Positions 26,791-40,847 of a DNA stretch of 64,000 nucleotides are shown piece after piece. The notes below the pieces were generated by a model. That model was not told the origin of the DNA. It ran no database searches and saw only the letters and a list, made by a program, of their open reading frames with translations. A program made the position numbers and the translations under genes. Numbering within the stretch: the stretch's first letter is position 1; each line of letters starts with the position of its first letter. Source of the DNA: Eledone cirrhosa (taxonomy: Eukaryota); NCBI GenBank assembly GCA_964016885.1, contig OZ024751.1, positions 8,308,001 through 8,372,000 of the forward strand, given 5' to 3'.

Positions 26791-29547
26791 TTATCGCTTT
26801 GTCTATCTGTGTAGTGAAGACATTTTAGAAAGTATCTTTCATTCACATTACTTACTTCATAGGAACGCCGAGGTACACAGCTACAAAAATGAAAACACGA
26901 TAGTTATAGAAATACTTACAAATTTAAATTTTATTTAGTTTCAAAACACTTCTTAATTCTATAACAGGTCTAAAGGCTTTTATTGAATAGATCCACTGTG
27001 TATTACAGAGAGTAAAACATTAAATAAATACGTATAATGTCAAAGAATATTAGCATGGAAAAAAAAATTTATATTTCATAAGAATGACAGGCAGCTGTTT
27101 ACTCCACTGGTACATTGCTTTACTGATGCCAAAAAGCAGATGACACCGGTACATTCCAATCTCTGAACATAAACGGATGAAATATGATAAATCTGAGAAT
27201 GATTTCTATCATTGAAACCTGGCCTAATATCCTTACGCTGGGAAAGCTGGAGTATTTTTGAGAACCACAGTATTTGACTGGTAGTTACATACAATCCGTC
27301 AGGTCCAACCAATACTGACTTCTTCCTTGTTTGAGAGATCCGTCCCTCGAGCCAGTCCGTAAAAAAACATCACGCCACCAGACTCAGTTTACTGAAAGGG
27401 AAAACACTATATCCTCTCTTTGTTGGCTATGGGATTAGGTTGTGTGGTATTCACTAGCGAAAGGAATGAGAAAAGACTATTTCCGTTTTAGTCAATCTAT
27501 CGTCTTATTTCAATGTACAACTTGATGGATAAGTTGATAAAAGCTGGAGTGAAATTGTTTAGTCCCAACATTGCCCTCTTTATGTCTCTTCTTCTTTTGA
27601 TTGTTTGTATATATGTAAATAGTTTTAATGCACGTATTAACTATACAACTATATTACTGTATGGTTCTCGAATAATATTTAATTTCAGTTTCATACCGCT
27701 TGTGCTGTTTAACTAGCTATTGCTCTGTATATTTCTGTAGGACGAAGTTTACTTTTAAGTCCAATATTACAGTAGTTCTGATAACACCATATTTGCTTTA
27801 TAAATATAAATAGAACTATGTTATAGTATATAATTACTTATCTTTAGAAATGTTTGATTAATTTTCGTAGAAATTCCGCTGAGATATATTGAAGATTGAC
27901 TAAACGTTTAGACGATATCTCATTGTCTCGTTCCACTTCTACTCATGCAATACCCTTAGATACAGAGCTATTGTATTATATGTCTATATTTATATATCAA
28001 TGAGAGTGACCAGCAATTATGCTTGTTGTTATTCCGAATAACTAACAAAGTAAACGGTTTGAGATGCGTAAATGAAATATAATGAGCGGTTTATCAGCCA
28101 TTATATTTCATTTATCAGACATCTTATTTTATACATAAGAATAAAAACTATAAAGCTGAGGATAGAAGATACAAGATGCAACAAATCGATATGGTTTTGC
28201 CAATGTCTGCGAGCTATGACGTTCGTTGATGTGTGAGTTTTGTTATATAATATTCCACTCCTATTAGACCATGTTGTAACAAGGCAGCGGGCTAGGAATC
28301 AAACCGCTGTCTCATTTATTATTTGGAACTTTGATGTCCAATTGCGCTCACATGCATCGGTTTGCAGCTCCACAAATCTCTGTTACCGTTTATTAACAGA
28401 ATTTTACTAATTTCAACATAGCTATACACAATATGTGCTCTTATATCTATGTATTTTATGCGTATCTCATTTGTATAAGTGTGTTTCAGGGAGTACATAA
28501 ATGTGGTCGAGAAAACTGTGAAATTCTGTAGTGGAGCTGCAAACTTTTAAGAGCCTATGCAGCCGATTTTTGCAATAGTAAACTTTTCCCTACAGTTCAG
28601 ATACTTCCTTTCTCTATCAAGTTAGTGTATACAGTATGATTTGCCCATAGCAAATGCAGTGTTGTCTCTTGTTATCTACTGACCTTTACGCTTTTACACT
28701 CACACACTCTTAAGAAGCATTTCCATGTTTCTAAGCAACGGTGAATAATCCACTCTTTCTGCTTTTATACAGTTATATATTTGTATTACTTGAGAAACTA
28801 ACACTAAGCATTCTTGCTTGTATGTGTTCTACTCACGAATGTGATTATTGTATCACTATGTTGAGGATATGTTTTACACGTCGTATTTTATTTTTTTTTG
28901 CATCATTATATTTTTCTTTTGAGGGAAGATTTATTCATTGACTGCTGAATATAGTTTACATCATTCTAATGTTAATCTACACGGCTAGCTCTTGTTGTAT
29001 CTCATCACTTTTTATCAGAAGTAAATATATTTTTTTTATTAGCTCCGGGTATTATCGTATATAATACAACCTTATTTGTATGTTTGTTTTTATTTTTTAT
29101 TTTTTCATATTCTCTATAGTCTATATTATATTTCAAGAGGCAGACACCGAAATGCAAAATATTAGTATTATTTCTCTGAACATGTTAGTCATTGGCATAT
29201 GTTCCTACATTTTCTCTATATGACAGAATTTGCGAATGATAGAAAAAGGCGTCCTTCGTTATTTTCTTTCTTTTTTGGAGATTCGGCTTACAGCGTGTGA
29301 TCAGAAAGAATATTGGTCAATGACCTGTGTGCTTTGATTTCATTTAGGTTTTACCTTCTCTCACAAGTGGTTGCATGCATTGCTTATATTTAGCTTGTGT
29401 AAGAGAATTTACACAAGTGAATATACATAGACACGACCCCCTCCGCACCCTCACAAACATATGCATATATATATATATATATATAGTTTTAATGTATTGA
29501 GTACCTTACTTACTGTGGTTACCTCCGATTCAACCCGGAATGATTTA

Positions 29548-29638
<91 letters not shown>

Positions 29639-29888
29639 AGAATATGCAGAGTAGTTTCACGTGTTAAAATCCTTTATTGATAAAGCTGTGATACATACTT
29701 CAATGACGACAGTGGCCGCGCAATTCCCCCTAACAGACAGCTACTTACATAATAAGTTTACGTTCTCGAACTAATCCAAATGTCAGGGGAACCGACAATG
29801 ATAATGTTCTTGAAGCCTTCGGCCGTTCGCTTTTGATTTCATATGGTGTATATGTATGTATGTATGGGTATATGGATATATCTATCTA

Positions 29889-29949
<61 letters not shown>

Positions 29950-30255
29950 AGTATGCATATATATATATATGTATATATATGTAAATATATATACTCGTAT
30001 ATAAGTTAAAACAATGAAATAAAAACCCAAGTCATTAGAAATATACTTCACTGCTTTACGATCGTTTCTAGGTGATAATAATACATCATACGCATATTTC
30101 ATTATCGATCTATTTAGAGTTAGTTACCAAATATCAAATAAGGAATATATTTACCTTCGTGTATATCATCAGCCGTTGTCAAAAACAATGAAATTTAACT
30201 AAACCCACAACTAACCGTTGATATTTCTGTGTGTATATATATATATGTATATAGT

Positions 30256-30292
30256 GGAGGCACGTGGCCTAGTGGTAAGAGTGCTGGACTTA
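30256..30292 (+). mobile_element. tRNA-like SINE head fragment
   Basis: ggaggcacgtggcctagtggtaagagtgctggact (A-box region). Confidence 0.5.
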
Positions 30293-30713
30293 TTCAGCGA
30301 CTAAACCGGCAACCCCACCAAGCTAGCTTCATGAGTAGGATGATATTTAGACACCCTACATGATGAAATACAAGACCCAGCAAAGGAATACCCGGTGGAG
30401 GAATTCAGCAGAGACTACGACAATCCCAATAGTAGTTTCTTTCACCTGACGATTTTGCGGACTTTAACAGAACTTGTTAATACTGACACTTAATGAAAAC
30501 TCTTTGTCTGCTTAGAATAAATGAACCTTAAATATTAGTAGTGCCTATATTTGTATCTTTGTGTATCACATGTATTTCTCTAAATATAGTCTTTTCAAAT
30601 TCCCCCGATGTTTTTAAATCCACCAGCCAATGACCCTCCCCCCCCCCAATCACCTCACCACCTTCCCCCACCAGCAGAAAATGTATAAATACTACCATAT
30701 CACATTGACAGTC

Positions 30714-30764
30714 GGCTTCCTGGTGATTTCCTTCGGATGAAAGAGCTCTAGTCCTGTAGAAGCC
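30714..30764 (+). ncRNA. Hammerhead-like motif, CUGGUGA core
   Basis: ggcttc CTGGTGA tt tcc ttc gga t GAAA GAGCTC TA gtcctgta gaagcc; palindromic stem III; just upstream of (TA)n. Confidence 0.5.
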
Positions 30765-30774
30765 ATATCTATAT

Positions 30775-30855
<81 letters not shown>

Positions 30856-31194
30856 AAGTGACATAGTCACTACTTTAAAATAATAGCGCAAGGTCTTCAA
30901 AATATGTTTAATTAAACATACGCTATATTACCAGATATGCTATACATACATTCATATATATATATATATATATATATGGAGGAAGTTATAGTTCACTTGA
31001 AGCATTGTGTAATGAGGTATAAACGTTTGTATTTGTATAATAAAGCCCAAATAATGCAGGTATGGACAAGAATAAAGAATGCAAATGCAAAAGATATTGT
31101 CGACAATTAGTCTTTTACCTTAGATTTATGTAGATATACTCCATTTTCGAGATAATATCTCTTCTCCGGAGGGAAGTAAAGCGGCTAAACCAGT

Positions 31195-32763
31195 GTTCTA
31201 AATAGTAGAAATACTATTAAAATGTCTTACTCTACGACTCCTAACCTTGCACATAACATCACAGCTTCAAATTTAGCTAAACTACCTAGCCGTAGGAACA
31301 CGTGCAACCCTGTAGTTAGTACTAACTGTAATTGTAGGAATCTGGTTGATTGCCCCCTATCCGGGAAATGCCTCTCTAGTAACATTGTCTACAAATGTAA
31401 GGTTGAAACACCCACGTGCCGTAGGGCCTACATAGGGTTAACCGACAATAGATTCAAGCAGCGTCTTTACACGCATACACATTCTTTTCGTTACACTCTA
31501 AGAAGGAATATGACGTCACTTTCAGCTTATATCTGGAGTCTAAAAGACAACCACACCCAATATAAGTTACACTGGGAGATCCTAGCTAGGGCTAGATCGT
31601 ATAACGGAAATAAAAGACCATGTAACCTCTGCGCCGCTGAGGCCCTGGAAATACTCTACGCCACATCTTAAACAAAAAATCTGAGGCAATTTCGGCTTGT
31701 AAACATAAATGCACAAAACTTTCCTGTATTACAGCCCCACATTATACCCTAACGGATAGTACGATCTATACGTGGATATTTTACGTCTTGATGTGGTAGC
31801 TAAGTATATGTTATGTTTATACCATTACTTATTTGCATAGGCAAGTATATATTACCTGTATGTTTTGTGAAAGTACGTATACTTTCTCGTACGTATATTT
31901 GATTATATATGTTATGACGTATAATTTTATATATTCTGGTACATATGGTTTGGTTATGTGTTACGGGAGTTTTGCGTCTGTGTGAGTATAGCGGGTTCGT
32001 ACGTATGTATAGGTGTGTGTATATGTGTACTTCATGTTTTGGTTGACGTAGTCTCCGAACGTTTGTGTATTTACATGTAGGTATGTGTGTGCGCTTGTTA
32101 TATACATATTTATTTATTTATATATGTTTATTTAATTATTTATTTATTTGTATACACGCACGCACATATTTATATGTGCGTGGTTTTGTATACCTATGCC
32201 AAGTGCTTTCGCGTATGCTTCTGTATGTACGTATTTGCATGCGTGTATGTATTTATTTAATTTCTATTACCTCTGTATTGTATTTTATTCACTTTATTCT
32301 TAACTCGGAAGCGGAGATTCATTCTGTTTCCTAGTTAGAATTTTAGTCTACGACTTCAGCTATACCATCTAGGTGGTTTTGTCTTTCCGTTCAATTGTTC
32401 TCCACGCTCCACATATGACGTATTATACTCGTTTTTTCCGTTCATTGCCAGAGAACGTCTCTATGAACCACCTAAGAGAACATTAGTCTACGACTTATTT
32501 TATACATTAAACGTGGTTCTGTCTTTGCGTGTAATTGTTTTTCACCCTCCTATTAATGACGTATTACATTCGTTTTTTCCCATTCTTTGCCAGGGAACGT
32601 TTCCACGAACCAAAGTATCGTCTTCCTGTCTTCTTCCGGTTGCAATGTTTTTTGAAATATCCACTTCTGCGTTTACAGATTTACTTCGTTAGTTTCAGAA
32701 GATCCCGTTAAGGGTGAAAACCGCGATGCTTTGCTTACACTTTAATCTCTTATTTTTAATAAA
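31195..32763 (+). mobile_element. 5'-truncated Hydra-type PLE (GIY-YIG + 3' UTR/pLTR)
   Basis: ORF 31222-31671 has CNCRNLVDCPLSGKC (CxCx5Cx5C), NIVYKC..YIGLT..FKQR, CNLC..E; pLTR shared with 1-412; ends in (TA)n. Confidence 0.85.
32691..32742 (+). ncRNA. Decayed copy of the U4A hammerhead-like motif
   Basis: agttt CAGAAGA tcccgttaagggt GAAA with a mutated stem III. Confidence 0.45.
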
Positions 32764-32785
32764 TATATATATATATTTATATATA

Positions 32786-32872
<87 letters not shown>

Positions 32873-33536
32873 CTACTGATAAACATTTCCTAACATATAA
32901 CGAATGTAATGGAAAGAAAAACATTTGAACGTTACCAGAACAATTATCACATTAATTCCACCATAAACTCACATACGATCTGCTTTTCCTACCCATGAAT
33001 TCCTCACTACGTAATATACTATTACACCTATATTATGTGATATATTTGCCAATATTATGTTATACATGCTTAATACCCTTGCTTGTTCTTTTACATTATT
33101 AGTCTGTTTATGCCTAATACCTCTGCACTATTTCTATATGTATGCCTATATACCACTAATATCCCCATTTTGCGAGTAACTTTCTTTCATTATTCTTCTA
33201 TAATTGTTTTATAATTATTTTATAATCTTTGTCACAACCACTGATACATCATATTCATACTCTAAATATGACACTACTGATAACAACAGTAATATCTGCA
33301 TATATTTACGATTGTTCTGTGGAATAGAAGGTTAATTATATGCTTCAACTTTGCGAATGCTCCGATTATACCAAACGAATGTTTGGAGGAAACGATTGTC
33401 AGCAATAAAATACTTTGAACATAGTTTTGATTATTCTGTAATTTATATATATATATATATACATGCATTATTATTATTATTTTTTTTAAAGGATTGCAAT
33501 GAGAGGTTTCACTGAAATAGAGATGAAAATTCACAT

Positions 33537-33900
33537 TTATTTAAGCTGATTATTCCAAATCATTTCGTAAAAATAGAGCTTCTCCATTTTATATCCGATT
33601 TCCAGAAATATTTGCTTTGGAATTGTATCAATTTTATTAACAAATTTATTATTTTTAACTCTTTTATTCATTATCACTTCTTTTAACATTTTTAACAAGA
33701 ACTCATCATATTCTCGTATACTTCCATTTCTCATATATATTGTAGCGTAGTGAATTCTGATGATCACCAACTCTTCTCAGAATAGATATGATTGACATAA
33801 AATAAATGTGCATTTATTTCCATGAGTTAGGTTGTTGATTGTTTTCATCATTCTTGTTGAAAAATAATATATTTCATAACTACTTTAGTATTATGAAATA
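33537..33900 (-). mobile_element. Possible decayed PLE N-terminal fragment
   Basis: Minus strand encodes YNIYEKWK, matching EIYEKWI of ORF 4663-5025; otherwise full of stops. Confidence 0.3.
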
Positions 33901-34468
33901 AAGTGCATTGCCATCGTTTTATGGTCGCATGTCTGAAGGAAATAAATGACAAATAATAGCACGTTAGTGATTAATGGTTATAGAATATAATATCACTATT
34001 TTCGTAAGCCAGGAATTAGATATTTTGGCAAAATATAAATTAATGCACAATGCATCAAAAATATCCTCCATCATTTTTTATTTATTTCTTGTTCTATTTC
34101 TTATTGGTGCGAGAGTGGTTGGTTGATGGAATCATTAGATATATTTGGACATATAGATATTGACATCTATATAGAACTGTAATTTTTTTTTAGTGTATAT
34201 AATATATATGTGTATATGTGTGTTTTTGTGTGTGAGTACTGGCCTCTTTGGATCTTTGCATCTATTGTGTATGTTTTTTTAATGTTTTTGCTTGTTCTTT
34301 TTTGTATATATTACTTGTACGTGTAAGGAGAGGAATGAACCTGTATTTGGGGGCATGCATGTATATTTTTGGATAGGAATGGGCCGAGTATGTTCCATAG
34401 TAGTGTCGTTTATAACGTTTAATGAACATTTCAGCCAGATGGTTTTGATTGGTTTATATTATATGATA

Positions 34469-34646
34469 CGGTGAATTGGCAGTATCGGTAGAGGGTCGGA
34501 TATGCTTTCCAGCATAATTACGTCCATTTACGTTCAATTCCCGTCGAGGTTAACTTTGCCTATCATCCTTACGGGGTCGATAAAATAAAGTACCAGTAAT
34601 GTACTGGGATAATTGCTGTCCTTGTGCCAAAAGTAGAAACAATTAT
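34469..34646 (+). mobile_element. tRNA-derived SINE (Deu/Nin-type core)
   Basis: Matches family consensus. Confidence 0.85.
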
Positions 34647-34881
34647 ATGATAAATATCTATAATAACATCAATCTCAACGCCCCCCCCCAATACCCTTTC
34701 TAAACCATCTAACAATTAATTTACGTGTTATTTAAATATTATGTATGTATGTACATATATATATATATGTGTGTGTATGTGTGTGTGTGCATGTTTGTGT
34801 GTGCGTGTGTGTGTATGTAAGTATCCATATATATATATATATATATATATGGATACCTACATACACACACACGCACACACA

Positions 34882-34976
<95 letters not shown>

Positions 34977-35816
34977 GTATATAAATATATATATACAATA
35001 TTGTAAAAGTAACAACGGATAGAGATATGAAAGTGGTACCGTATCTGCTTAGAATCCCACACATTATAAACTGTGACATTTAACGTGTAAATTTAATGAT
35101 TTTTCTACAAGGCAAGAAAGGATTCTCTTCGTGGTGTTTTGATCTACTAAAAATAGCCAACAAATGTCATTAAAAACTACATTGTCTACCACCGTGAAAA
35201 TAGAGTCATTTTGGATAATGTAGCCCTAGAAAATACTTGCGGACGTTTCCTAGAACGTATTTTATCATGATTCTGGTCAATGATGGTTGGTTGGTCTTGA
35301 TAGTTTTGAAATCGTCGTTGAACAATGAAACATTTACGTACATAATATTACAGAGTGTATAAATGGTACGACCATTTTCAAATTTTGTATGATTTATGCA
35401 GAGACGAAGGCATTACCCCTGTGAGAGCTTTCATGACTTCCGAGATTAATGGGATGAAACAATGGAATGACCGACAGACCGAAGATTTGGATCGGCTGTA
35501 TGCAAGAGAGTGTAGTTTACTCTTAAGCTGTTGTGTTAACTTAATCTGGATGCTGCATTAATGATACTTAGATATAATCCATAATAGATTTCTACACATG
35601 TATCTCAAATATCGTTTCCCGACATCAGGCCAGGCGAAACTTACCCACGGTTGAACAGAACTCGAAGGCATGTGTTTACAAATGTTATATCTTAATCAAT
35701 ATATTATCGATTTCTAACATGAGCACAAACCCACACATTGCGGTCGGAGAAGGAGTAAACACGATTAAATCCACTCAAGGAGTTTCATTAGTTTGCAATG
35801 CTGTATCATTATTTTA

Positions 35817-36132
35817 TTGGCAGTATCGGTAGAGGGTCGGACGCCATGCTTTCCAGCATAGTTACGTCCCTTTACGATCTGAGTTCAAATCCCGCCGAGG
35901 TTGACTTTGCCTTTCATCCTTACGGGGTCGATAAAATAAAAGTACCAGTAATGCACTGGGTAATTTGCTGGCCTTGTGCCAAAAGTAGAAACAATTATTT
36001 TATATTTAGAAAGGCAAAGTTAACCCGCCGAGGTTAACTTTGCCTTTCATCCTTACTGGGTGGATAAAATAAAGTACCAGTAATGTACTTGGTAATTGCT
36101 GGCCTTGTGCCAAAAAGTAGAAACAATTATTT
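35817..36132 (+). mobile_element. SINE plus duplicated 3' half with a short inversion at the junction
   Basis: Full copy 35817-35999; partial copy 36026-36132; both followed by tttatatttagaaa. Confidence 0.85.
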
Positions 36133-38218
36133 TATATTTAGAAAAGCATTCTATGGACACTCAATAGGGCTCTCCATCTTTTCATGACTATAGGAAAAGA
36201 AAACAAAATGTAATCGCCTGTGTATGTTAGAAGTTCGTGATCTGAATAAATAGTTTTTTGATGGCAAAATGGCTAGGAGAATGATCGTTGAACTGGTTTG
36301 ATAGATGTTCAGCTGATGAACCTGTTAGATTATAACGATATATATCTATAATAAGAATGAAACTGTTTGTCTTTTAATAGCATCAAGTGAAAGAGAGAAA
36401 AGGAACACAAACTATTTCCATCGAGTTATAAACTAACATTATTGTTAAATGTGTAATTAAGTAAGGATACCGGCATATATTATTCCTACCATTCTACGGC
36501 TTTAAATCCAATCTCTGCATTGAATATTATTGAGAGAATTTTCACGACATTTTGAAAATGTATACTTTCTTCGATTTATAAAGAATGACAAATGAGATAC
36601 CATTTCTGAAGTCATTTGGTGTCTTACTGAAATATATATCCAAAGAAACAATTGAAGACAACCATCGACCGCACAGCTGCAATATTATACTTCAATTATA
36701 GAAGCTGTAAAAAGCCATCAGAAAATATTGAGTTGCAATTTGTAACTGTCTTAAATAAAGGATAATTCTATACTCTGACAGGATAATTTGTAACGTGAAT
36801 AACAGGACATAGTAACGTTGCTACAAAAACAACACCAACGTTTTAATTCATAATAGCACACAATATGACGGTGTTGCTGAATCACTCTATATGATGAGTG
36901 TGCTATTCCCGAGAGCGATGTAACGTATACGTCCAATAACAATATACTTGTCATACGGTGATTTCAGTTGCTCGCAATATTAATTGCAATATACGAATTG
37001 GGTAGGCAGAAAGAACATTGCAGGTAGCAAGGCGGTGCCCTAGCATGAATCGGGCCGTGTTACATAAAACAAAGTAAAGAAGGAAAATAATGGACGTAGT
37101 GGAGAGAACACATCTGTGTATTTTTTGTATAGTATTAGAAAACCACGAAACTTTAATATTTAGCATCTCTATTGTTAATAAAAGACAGCCTGATATCTCC
37201 CCTATGAGTAAAATAAGATAAAAAGAACCACCATATATGTGAGTGTCGTATTGTCGGTGAAGCCCAATCGTAATAATTATCTCGAGGTAGTCATTGGTTA
37301 TAAATAACAGTTCATTAAAGTGCCCTTATAGAGGGAAAAAGGTGCTTACTTTGTACTATCTATAGCGATAGTTTATTCAATTTCATTCGCTTTACCCATA
37401 GATGTTGATTGTGGCTACAATTATTTTCTAAGTTTGGAATTATATTTTAATGGAAGACTATTATTCGTGGCGTTGTTATTGTTGATATTTCTTTTGTGCC
37501 AGATGTGTTTATAGTAGAGTTAATTTACTTAAATAAGTCACTTATAGGAATTTTATAGATGGCGAAGAATGCCATAGAATATAAACGTTGTAAGATGATA
37601 TACTATGGCAAATTTGATATTAGAAAAAGAAAACTTTCTCTTGACTCAAAGCCCAAACCCAACTTAAACATAAATAAATGTTTTTTATGTAGCTTTTATT
37701 ATGTTATTTCAAATTGAAAGTGGCTGGAAACTGCTAGTTTCGATGCCGAGAGAATCTAAGAATTGAATAAACCATTTCCATTTAAACCTACTAAAATGAA
37801 CATGGAAATTACTATTCAAAACGGTGTTATGACAATTAGTAGTGATATTATTTGGAAGTAGTGGCAAAATGAAAGTAGTGGAGTAACTAAGCGTGTTTCT
37901 AGTACGGGAGAGCTTCAGCTAGAAAAAACAATAGACCTAGGAATGTGTTCACTTATTCATGATTCCTCTACGCAGTATTACTTTTGTGTACACTATTTTA
38001 ATGTACATTTAGCTGCTCTGGCTTACACTTCACATTCGACTACTTGTCGTCTGACATATAGATTTAACGAAACCAACGTATTTAAAATAAGAACAAAATA
38101 CAGATTCTGAGGAAACTTGTGAGTGCTAACATCCGTACAACTACCGGTTATATTATTGACATCTAACGAAATGTTATTACAGTTTACAAAAATATTAGAA
38201 CGTCGAACTCACTCCTAC

Positions 38219-38488
38219 GTATATTTGTTTTCGACATTCTGGGAAAATTCCACATCAGTGTATATTGCAATTTATTTGTCAAATTCAATAAGTACCAGTA
38301 GGATATTGGTGTTCATTCGTTTGATCATGAACTACCGCAAAGCCACGTGGTGTTGTTTCTGGTAAGAAAAAAATGGATAGCAAGCCGTGATATGACTCCA
38401 TAAACATCTTAACATCTAATTTCTCAAACAATGTAAATACCTTCCAGCTAATTCAGGTGATGTGGGTGAATTGTTTTACACATTTTAG
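38219..38488 (-). pseudogene. Two decayed exons of a Sushi/CCP-like domain
   Basis: ag|38488-38441|gt, 82-nt intron, tttcttaccag|38358-~38219; joined frame KMCKTIHPHHLN*LEETTPRGFAVV..YPTGTY*..INCNIH*CGIFPEC with several stops. Confidence 0.35.
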
Positions 38489-39722
38489 CTGGTAGTTTCA
38501 TATAGCTGCAAGTGTAAACGTGATGTAGTTATAAATGGTTGAATGTATGTTTTTCTTAACAATCTCAGCTCTCACGTGCTGGATAAAGGCAATTGATACA
38601 CACTGAACTGGTGATAAATATATATTTGATGTAAGTTGTATCTCGTTTAAAATTTTCAATTTAGTCATCTTCTTGCTGTCTCTAATTTTAAAAATATATT
38701 ATTAAAAACACAATATACTCTTTCGATAATATATTTTATATTCGAGATAGAGAAGCTAAATCTTCTTTAAAGCTTATAACGAGAGGAAAAAACATTCATA
38801 TTGACTATTTTTGAAAGTTATTTTCCATTTAAACACAAACTATGTTGGAGAATTGTTTGGAGATAAGATTTTTTAAAAAGATAGATTGAAAAGTTTATTA
38901 CTGAATTCAATACAAGACGAGACACGAAAGTTTTTATCAATAACCATGCAAGAATTGAATAAAACGTTATCGTCATTTTATAACCTAAAACTGTACAGTA
39001 TATTTCATCTATTTTTAATGTTATAAAATCTTTGGAAGGAAAAAGAAAAAAAAAACATTTCGTTACAAGTGATCATACATTACTTTTTTAATGTTTGAAC
39101 AAGGATAATTGGAGAATGTATACTATTAAAGGCAGTAAGGGTGGGTATATGTGTATATACGTATGTATAAACTTGCATGAACGTCTCTGCGATGATATGT
39201 GTTGTAAGATCTGATCTAAAATCACTAATATTTCGAAAATGTTGATCGAAGCTGAATTGTGAAATTAAAATTCTTAGATATAATGGAAGTTAGGTAAGCT
39301 CAATAAAGACACGTTCATCAAAGCTAAGGCCACTAAAACAAGCCATTAATGGGAGCTAGCATATATTTAGGACGCAAGCGGTATCTCATTTCTTCTGGTC
39401 TGGTTTGCATCTAACTTATATAGAGGCATTTATAATTAATAGCTTCACATATATGTATGGTCATTACATTTTTCTCTTCCTCATTCGAGAGTTCATTATT
39501 TTATTTTGGTTTTGTTTGCTATCTCTACCCAATTACTTCTTGTGATTTTGCTAGTGTGTTCCTGTGTGAGACTAATCATACACGCACATGATTACCCTCT
39601 TCATAATATAATTAACGTTTTACATATGGACATGGCAACACAACTTGGAAAAAATAGTGTACAGACTACAAGGCACATCACTGTACATTTCTATAAACCA
39701 GCATTGAAACTGAATGTTCGTT

Positions 39723-39756
<34 letters not shown>

Positions 39757-39759
<3 letters not shown>

Positions 39760-40025
39760 CAAGCCTGGAAAAAGTTTGTTTTGTGGATGACCACCAGTGG
39801 GTCATGCATGCCAGTCTCCTCGCCACTGATGTTATCGATGGGAAAGGCACTGACCGATACAGCTTGGTACCTGTGACGTCGCAAATCATTTCTACAGCCG
39901 AGTAAACTGGAGCAACGTGAAGTAAAGTGTCTTGCTCAAAGAAACAACGCATCACCGAGTCCGAGAATCGAACTCACAACCTCTTAATTGCAATCCCAAT
40001 GCTCTAACCACTCAGCCATGCGCCT
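39757..40025 (-). mobile_element. Second tRNA-derived SINE family (CORE/Meta-like central domain)
   Basis: Minus strand: ggcgcatggctgagtggttagagc (A box), gagttcgattctc (B box), gttgtttctttgagcaagacactttacttcacgttgctccag. Confidence 0.8.
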
Positions 40026-40174
40026 TCACACACAGACACATACGGACACACATATATATAGATGTGTGTTTGTATATATATGTATGTATGTATATATATA
40101 TATATATATATGTGTATGTATATGTATATATATGTATATGTATATGTATATATGTATATGTATATGTATATATG

Positions 40175-40260
<86 letters not shown>

Positions 40261-40383
40261 AAAGTTCTATTTAAATTGTGGGGATACAAGTAAATTTTTT
40301 ATAACTGATATAAAGCACTCGACAAGTATTTGGAGTAGATATACGATATTAATAAATGAAAACTATATTTATAAAACCTTATT

Positions 40384-40447
40384 TATTTCATTATACATGT
40401 TTCAGGGATACCAAATTAAATTATGGTATGCCTTCATCAGACAAAAT
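40384..40447 (-). ncRNA. Minimal hammerhead motif
   Basis: ttttgt CTGATGA aggcatacca taatttaatt tggtatccct GAAA CATG TA; palindromic stem III ACATGT. Confidence 0.65.
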
Positions 40448-40783
40448 ACAATATATTACAGTTATACAAATAAGCTTTGACATACCCTTTTAAAATGCGA
40501 CCATTATTTTTGGAGGCCGTCTGGATAGTGAATTGTTTATATTATTTTAATAAGTCTTCGTGTTAAGGACAATTAGAAAAAAACGGAGAGAAAAAACGTT
40601 TTTTCTTTTTCTTTTTTCTCTCTCTCCGTGTTTTTTCTTTCTCTCCGTCTTTTTCTAACTGTCCTTAACACTAAGACTTATTAAAATAATATAAACAATT
40701 CATTATCCAGATGGCCTCCAAAAATAATGGTCGCATTTTAAAAGGGTACGTCAAAGCTTATTTGTAGAACTGTTATATATTGT

Positions 40784-40847
40784 ATTTTGTCTGATGAAGG
40801 CATACCATAATTTAATTTGGTATCCCTGAAATATGTATAATGAAATA
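40784..40847 (+). ncRNA. Minimal hammerhead motif
   Basis: Mirror copy with GAAA TATG TA. Confidence 0.6.

Noticed and set aside
26881-26919. Second minus-strand donor gtaagt upstream of the 25-nt micro-exon
   Set aside because: Would imply a 39-nt intron, implausibly short
28068-28542. Short hairpin at 28068-28114 and 13-bp inverted repeat at 28361/28530
   Set aside because: Too short or AT-rich to assign; no TSD or family evidence in the window
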